Assembly: GCA_030141605.1 (NCBI GenBank)
Contig: JAQGDQ010001523.1
Location: 1 to 36,557 of the forward strand
Length of the DNA: 36,557 nucleotides
Reading direction: 5' to 3'
Source of the DNA: Tubiluchus corallicola
Taxonomy: Eukaryota; Animalia; Priapulida
In this document: positions 31,535 to 36,557 of the stretch, in pieces
How the letters are laid out: every line of letters begins with the position of its first letter
How positions within the stretch are numbered: the first letter of the stretch is position 1
The notes under the pieces: generated by a model
The model's input: only the letters and a program-made list of their open reading frames with translations
Database searches by the model: none
Told to the model about the DNA's origin: nothing
Position numbers and translations under genes: made by a program

Positions 31535-32014
31535 GTGTGTTGTGTGGATTACCCAATAAAATATAAATGAAAAAATACAAAAAATATATTGCTATCATAT
31601 TTGGTGTGAAATAAACTAAAACTTAAACTTAAATACAAACTTTACGTGACACCGATCTACTCAGTTGCCATGTCTGCTCTTGAAGCCAGGGCTGATGAAC
31701 GGGATCATGTGAATCTTTTATATTGCCGTTTAGTTGCCACTACGGATTACAAGTAATCTTACTTAATGTACTTTGTCAAGCACCGCTAAGACGGTTTCTT
31801 GATCACAATAAGTAGCCCGGCGAACATTATCATTGGATCATTTGCAACTTAGAGGCTTTGATAGCTTGGTGTGCGCTGATACGATTAACCTGAACTGGAC
31901 TGAGTTCTCAAACCATCTCTATATTACATGATATCCAAGCTAATATGCCTACGTTGTATGTTAAATATGTTTCGTATCCAAGTATGATCATTTTAGTGAA
32001 TAAACACGCAAAAT

Positions 32015-32856
<842 letters not shown>

Positions 32857-32861
<5 letters not shown>

Positions 32862-33111
32862 CCGTCTTAACAGCATTATAGCAGTGCAACTGAGATCCCT
32901 ACCTGCACAAATACACTTAGAATAGAAACGCAAATGACCGATAAAATTAAACGTATATTTACTGCATTGGCACTTCTAACAAAATCAGTGTTTAAACATT
33001 AAAAATGTTCTGTACAGCAAAGATTAATCAACACAGACGTTTGAATGGGACCCATATTCTCGTGGGGCCCGGGCAACTGTCAGCATGCCCTTGCATTAAA
33101 ACGTGCCCCTG
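32857..33111. mobile_element. hAT-like MITE (AGAGCCGTCTTAA...TTAAAACGTGCCCCTG)
   Basis: Imperfect TIRs and GGGCCC/GGGACCC subterminal motifs. Confidence 0.5.
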
Positions 33112-33351
33112 CCAAGAAACTAGCTAGTCGCGAAGAAGGTGGTTCAAACCCAATGCTTTCCTCTTTCATCGCTCGTCTTGTCTTTCGCCGTGAGTTAGTT
33201 TTTTCCACCTCGGAAATAAAATATCAGTTTTAATTAATCTTTTTAGGATCATAAAAAAATTTTGAAGCCCTGACAAACTGATAAACTGATCATAAGTCTG
33301 CTCATTTGCCGAAAAGTGCAGGTAAAAAGAAAAAGCGCCTTGTAAGAGTTT

Positions 33352-33417
33352 GCTCGGTAGCTTAGCTGATGGAATATAAAGCATCCTTGTCCGAAAAGCA
33401 GGATTTGGGTTCGAACC
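33352..33417 (+). other. tRNA-like / SINE head remnant
   Basis: A-box-like TAGCTTAGCTGATGG and B box GGTTCGAACC. No intact cloverleaf. Confidence 0.4.
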
Positions 33418-33419
33418 AT

Positions 33420-33620
33420 TTAAAATGTTTTCACCAATTAGTAAAATGTCGCTGACTCACCCTCCAGGGTGCACCACTCACTAACCAAAAAACGTATTTT
33501 TAAACTTACTGACAAGATACAGTAATTTAAAATTTTACTCAGTTAGCCATGTGTGCGCTGCGAATGTTCTGATTATTTTTCCAAACTTTACAAAATGTTA
33601 TCTAAACTTGTTTCAAATGC
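33420..33620 (+). mobile_element. Fragment of the 28692-29342 fold-back family
   Basis: CTGACTCACC...GTGCACCACT...CAAAATGTTATCTAAACTTGTTTCAAAT matches 28810-28980. Confidence 0.75.
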
Positions 33621-34023
33621 CGACGCAAGCCCTGTATGCAAAAAAAACAGTATGTAAGTGGTATAAAGTTTCAATACGTATTTTTTAACTTTGTGTAAGT
33701 TGAGGGTTTACTTGTCCTTTAAGTAACAGCGTGTACACTGTAGACTTGAGTCTCAGAGTGTAAGATTGCCCATGCAACGCCAGCCGTCTACATTAGCAGG
33801 ATAGTTAAGCGATAATGATAGTGAGCAAATCGTCATCACTGCAGCTGGGATGAAGTTTGCATCTTATGTTCATTACGCTTAATTGCTTCTTGCAGTTCTT
33901 TGCTCATTAAGATCGTAAAAGCCTCTATACACGCACGTTAATTGTCTTTCTGCTGGTTGAAGGGAAGCAGTTACTTCCGGGGAAAGAGGTTCCTGTCAGG
34001 AGACCGTTTGCCGCTCTTTTCTC

Positions 34024-34652
<629 letters not shown>

Positions 34653-35319
34653 TAATATATTTTTTTTCAAATTAGCAAAAACATTGAATAAAATTAGTTT
34701 TCTTTTATCGAGAAATCGTTTAGAAATTAGAAATATCAAATCTTAGAATAGAACCTTAAATGTTAGAATAATAGTATACAAATTCACTAACGACTAACAA
34801 CTAAAATATACTGTTTCATAAAATTATTATAGAAACACTTTAGGGTGACCTGCCAAAAGTCATGGGTTCGTCTCCCATCATTATCTTTTTCAATAACAGT
34901 GATCATTTTCATCACATAATTATTTTTTTACTTTACTAATTATATAAAATAATGTGATTATGAGATAATTATGTTAAATCAACAAATTATTTTGAATTTG
35001 AGTTGAATTTGAAAAAAATCGTATATAAAATGCACCTGTTTCGCTGAATTGTAAAATTATGAGTCTTACTAACTGATTGAGTATGACGTAGCAAATTAAT
35101 TAAGACTTTAGTAATAATTTTTGCTATACATAATTGTGTATGATTTCACAATATCTTACACTAGATGTTGGAAGAATTAACTGCCCATGTCAGAAAGTGG
35201 AACATTCTAGAATTTTGTCATGATGGAAAATAATGAATTAGAAGGAAACAGAATGTTACATAATGGCACGAAACAGTCCGTAACAAGACAAATGTCCAGT
35301 AATTGGAAATACTTTAGAA

Positions 35320-35460
35320 AATCTGTACGCTTTGCTCGTTAATCCATGGTTGTGCTCAGATATCTGTACGCTTTGCTAGTTAACCCCTGGTTATGCTCAG
35401 AAATCTGTACGCTTTGCTAGTTAACCCCTGGTTATGCTCAGAAATCTGTAGCATTGCTAG
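35320..35460. repeat. ~41-bp tandem repeat x3.5
   Basis: ATCTGTACGCTTTGCTAGTTAACCCCTGGTTATGCTCAGA repeated. Confidence 0.88.
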
Positions 35461-35585
35461 CAAAAAGTTAAGCATTCTGGAGCGAAATTAGGGTTTCTCT
35501 CCCTGGACATGAAAGTCGTGCAAAATGTTCATGGAAAATGCACGTTGCAATTGTGTGGAATGATCTGGAAAAGTCTGGAAAGCTG

Positions 35586-36143
35586 GTTGGGAAGACAATG
35601 TCTCGGAAGACAATGGAGCGTGCGCCAAGAGAGTCAGTTATTGATCACATTTATGGAGTTGCAGCGTCGACTGTGGCTGAGCAGTCCGATCCTTGAACCA
35701 CTGGAGTGACCTCTCCAGGGCGCACGCCTGGGCATGGTGTAAGGAGATCCTGAGTTGCCCAGACAACAGGAACCCCCTCTCTTCCTCCCTGGTGTAGTCC
35801 AAAGGAAAGCAGAGCGATACGTTTGGCACCAGGTTGGCTGCAGGAGCTGCCGGAGTCAGTGAGCATGCTGCACTGGTCCGCCCTACTCCAAGGGGCTCCA
35901 CTCCTTGGAAGATTTACTCCTCTACACATGGCCGTTGGGTCACTTGACCTCCTCCGCCCTCTAGCCGTTTTCTGCTTGTGCAGCACCTCCACCTGGTGTC
36001 GAGATACAGTGTGGGCATCCCGCAAGCCTGCAGCACCTGGTATTCCTAGGCGGTCACCCATCCAAGTACTAACCAGTCACTACGTTGCTTAACTTCGGAG
36101 AACAGACGAGAACCGGTGTTTTCAACGTAGTCTGGAACGCTAC
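35586..36143 (-). mobile_element. 5S rRNA-derived SINE, copy 3
   Basis: Minus-strand 5S head with A box, IE and C box (TGGATGGGTGACCG), the same body, and a rearranged 3' end. Confidence 0.92.
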
Positions 36144-36289
36144 TCACTGGAATAGACAGGATTTGTGTCTTACATAACTAACACGAATCTGTCTTAGACT
36201 GAATCTTACACATTTAAAGAGAAGAAACGGAAAATCCTAGAGAATTTTGCCCACGAATCTTATATGACTTGGCATTTCGATTACCTGTG

Positions 36290-36557
36290 TTAAAGACTTA
36301 TGTAACTAGAAAATAAAACTTTTAGTAATTTATAATGTTCATGCTACCTGGTAAGACGTCTCTGACTTCTTATTGTTGAATAATTATTGAATTCAATTAT
36401 TAAGTAATTTATACCTTTGCTAAGTTAGCGTGCTGTGCGCTGCGAATGCTCTGATTTTTTTTCAAACTTTACGGAATGTTATGTCGCTTCAAATGACTTA
36501 ACTGATGGTAAAATGGTTTAACGTAAGGGTTATGGCAGGCGTTTAAATTTTCCAGTG
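36290..36557 (+). mobile_element. Third member of the fold-back family, running off the window end
   Basis: GTGCGCTGCGAATGCTCTGATTTTTTTTCAAACTTTACGGAATGTTAT matches 28915-28965 and 33553-33600. Confidence 0.65.

Noticed and set aside
31690-31725. CTGATGA motif (also at 5946 and 26818)
   Set aside because: No GAAA follows a stem II. The 5946 instance lies within a coding exon.
34845-34880. B-box-like GGGTTCGTCTCCC
   Set aside because: No convincing A box or cloverleaf.

Overview
This is AT-rich animal (most likely invertebrate) genomic DNA, not prokaryotic. The first ~18 kb carry the 3' half of an intron-rich extracellular heparan-sulfate 6-O-endosulfatase gene (Sulf1/Sulf2 family) on the + strand. 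Eight exons with GT-AG boundaries and matching phases encode the hydrophilic domain and the conserved C-terminal domain; the terminal exon(s) are uncertain. The rest is mostly repeats. There are three copies of a 5S-rRNA-headed SINE with an apparently RTE-derived body and tail (one has a perfect 10-bp TSD and sits inside a MITE), two tRNA-derived SINEs, RTE and CR1-group LINE 3' fragments, many MITEs (hAT, pogo/Tigger, Harbinger-like, fold-back), several minisatellites that appear to have grown inside MITEs, and an interstitial TTAGGG-like tract. There are also minimal hammerhead ribozymes of the Penelope-like-element type, one with an intact core and an inverted degenerate partner. Most long ORFs in the supplied track are repeat artefacts. 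No CRISPR array is present. Family assignments come from recalled motifs, not database searches.
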